A stretch of DNA of 64,000 nucleotides from Octopus vulgaris (taxonomy: Eukaryota): assembly GCA_951406725.2 (NCBI GenBank), contig OX597817.1, positions 33,046,001-33,110,000 of the forward strand, read 5' to 3'. The position numbers were made by a program, and so were the translations under genes. This document shows positions 62,234 to 64,000 of the stretch, one piece after another; the stretch's first letter is position 1, and the number at the start of each line of letters is the position of its first letter. The notes below the pieces were generated by a model that saw only the letters and a program-made list of their open reading frames with translations, did not search any database and had not been told where the DNA came from.

Positions 62234-64000
62234 GTGAGACTTCGGAATCATGGGTATTCTCCAAGTACTAACTTGCAAAGCTACTTAGAACTTCATTTTT
62301 CATTAAATCGTTTCTTGGAATTAGTTTAATACTGCATTCGCCTCCATCAACTGCTCTGGAATTTTGGGAAATTTCTTTGAAATAAAAGGAGAGGGTTAAA
62401 AAAATTTAAAGGGTTAATTAATCTTCTGATTAATTTTTAATCACCTAATCTGAAGCTGGGTATATAATGTATATATTATGATATATATATTGCTTATAAC
62501 AGTCAAGTGACAAGGTACTCAATACATAATATAGAGTATAAATTATAAGTATTTGGCTGAAGGTGTATACTGTTTCTTACCTAAGTTTCACATTTACATG
62601 ATTAGTCATATGGTAGCATAGCATACTATAATGAAATATTCCATTATCTAAGATGATATTTAAGGGCCTAACTATTTCATTGGCTATCAGTGACTACGTT
62701 AGCAATTCATAAGGGGTAATAATTCCCAGCTGGAAGAAAACATTTTTCATCTGGGGAGATAACTTTGACATGATGCCAAAATGATTGTAGCAAAAATAAG
62801 GAAAAATAATTTCCTAAAATAATTTTGACTTCACATGATTCAATAATTTTTCATGTATTATTATTTTAAAGGGTTTGCCTTATGTGTGTCACATGGTATT
62901 CTTAAGAACATGTTTTTCCAGCACGGTGGGGATGTGATTGAACTTGGTTAATATTTTAATGTGATTTTACTTGTTAAATCTTATCCTGTTCTGTAAGTTG
63001 GCTGTAGATTGTGGGTTCAACCAGTTGGACATCTGAAATCTGTTGATACACGTTATGCTTGATTTGGAGTTCAAATTTTTTTGCATTGAGGCATGATAAT
63101 GAGATTTCATCTCTCCTGTTCCAAGCACAATCAGTCAAGATTCTGACTTTCTCAGAAACACATAAATGACGACAGCTAATGATTTGCAATGCATTGTGAG
63201 GTTATTTATTTTGTTTTTCAAAAACCAGATACATTTCACAAATAATGTTACATTACCCATATTTCTGGTCCCAAATGAATGTATGTGCAGCACCTTTCTC
63301 CATTCAGGTCTAGAAATAAGTACAATCTAATATCCTTTGTGAAATGTATTTGATTTTTGAAAGACAAGGGAAAACAACCTCACAATGAAATGAAGGAAGA
63401 TTGCAAAGACATACAACAATTTTGATAATTGCTATTGTAATCTGTTTGTGATTGGAAAAATTCAAGATCTTGCCTCTGTCTGGCTTTATCTTGAATATGA
63501 AAGATGAAACATTCTTGTCAAGCCTCCTTACAAAGAAATTTGAAGTTTAATCTTTCAGGCATATTGTTGTACCAACAAACTTACAAGTTCAAGCTCATTG
63601 AATACATAACCTACAGCTGACTTAGAACATATTGACAGATAAACTCAAGTTATATTAATTCCTAACAAATAAAGTCATTCGCTCTTTCTCAAGAAAATCT
63701 TGTTGTTGTGCAGAACCTCTGATGAGATGGCTACCAGAGAACCCACAGAGACATCTTTAGCATCAAGCCAAACCAAAACTATTTTAGTTTATTATTTTTG
63801 CTACAAAAATTTCACATCAAATGAAAGTTTGCTCTCAAGTTGGAAATTACAATTACCATTTTTTATGAATTACATTGTGTGTATTAGCCAATGACATAGG
63901 GAGATCTCAACATCAATTTGGATAAAGAAACATTTTATTATAGTACATAATGCTACCATTTGACTGATTCTGTTAACAAGAAACTTCAGTAATAACATAC

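Noticed and set aside
63714-63760. Possible terminal exon (tgtgcag|AA CCT... giving EPLMRWLPENPQRHL-stop)
   Set aside because: Mediocre acceptor and no resemblance to the conserved RAPGEF2/6 C-terminus; unsupported without transcripts.
510-63894. Most ORFs in the supplied six-frame track
   Set aside because: Short, low-complexity (Y/I/C/V/F-rich) products of microsatellites, SINEs and AT-rich intron. Only those overlapping the PDZ-GEF exons, mariner relics and RTE relic are meaningful.

Overview
AT-rich eukaryotic (animal) genomic DNA. The repeat landscape suggests an octopod cephalopod, but that is inference. The window lies inside one large plus-strand gene, a PDZ-GEF / RAPGEF2-RAPGEF6 orthologue (Rap guanine nucleotide exchange factor). 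I traced 23 GT-AG coding exons from 7879 to 62233 with consistent intron phases, 3406 nt or about 1135 aa. They encode cNMP-binding, REM, PDZ, RA and CDC25 RasGEF domains and a Ser/Pro-rich tail with a DSGxxS degron and an LPPY motif. The start codon and the canonical last exon appear to lie outside the window. Introns hold tRNA-derived SINEs, RTE-type LINE relics and (GAT)n-tailed 3' fragments, two decayed mariner elements, Tc2-like and piggyBac-like MITEs, and microsatellites. Most notable: (i) several frame-preserving 3-33 nt candidate microexons plus a zero-length AG|GT site, mostly in the disordered regions of the protein; (ii) a 201-bp near-perfect inverted duplication carrying two divergent tRNA-like Pol III cassettes (4570-5804); (iii) a ~190-bp-stem intronic fold-back hairpin (23372-23758). 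Items ii and iii are plausible dsRNA/ADAR substrates. Repeat boundaries are approximate. All microexon calls are sequence-only predictions that need RNA-seq.
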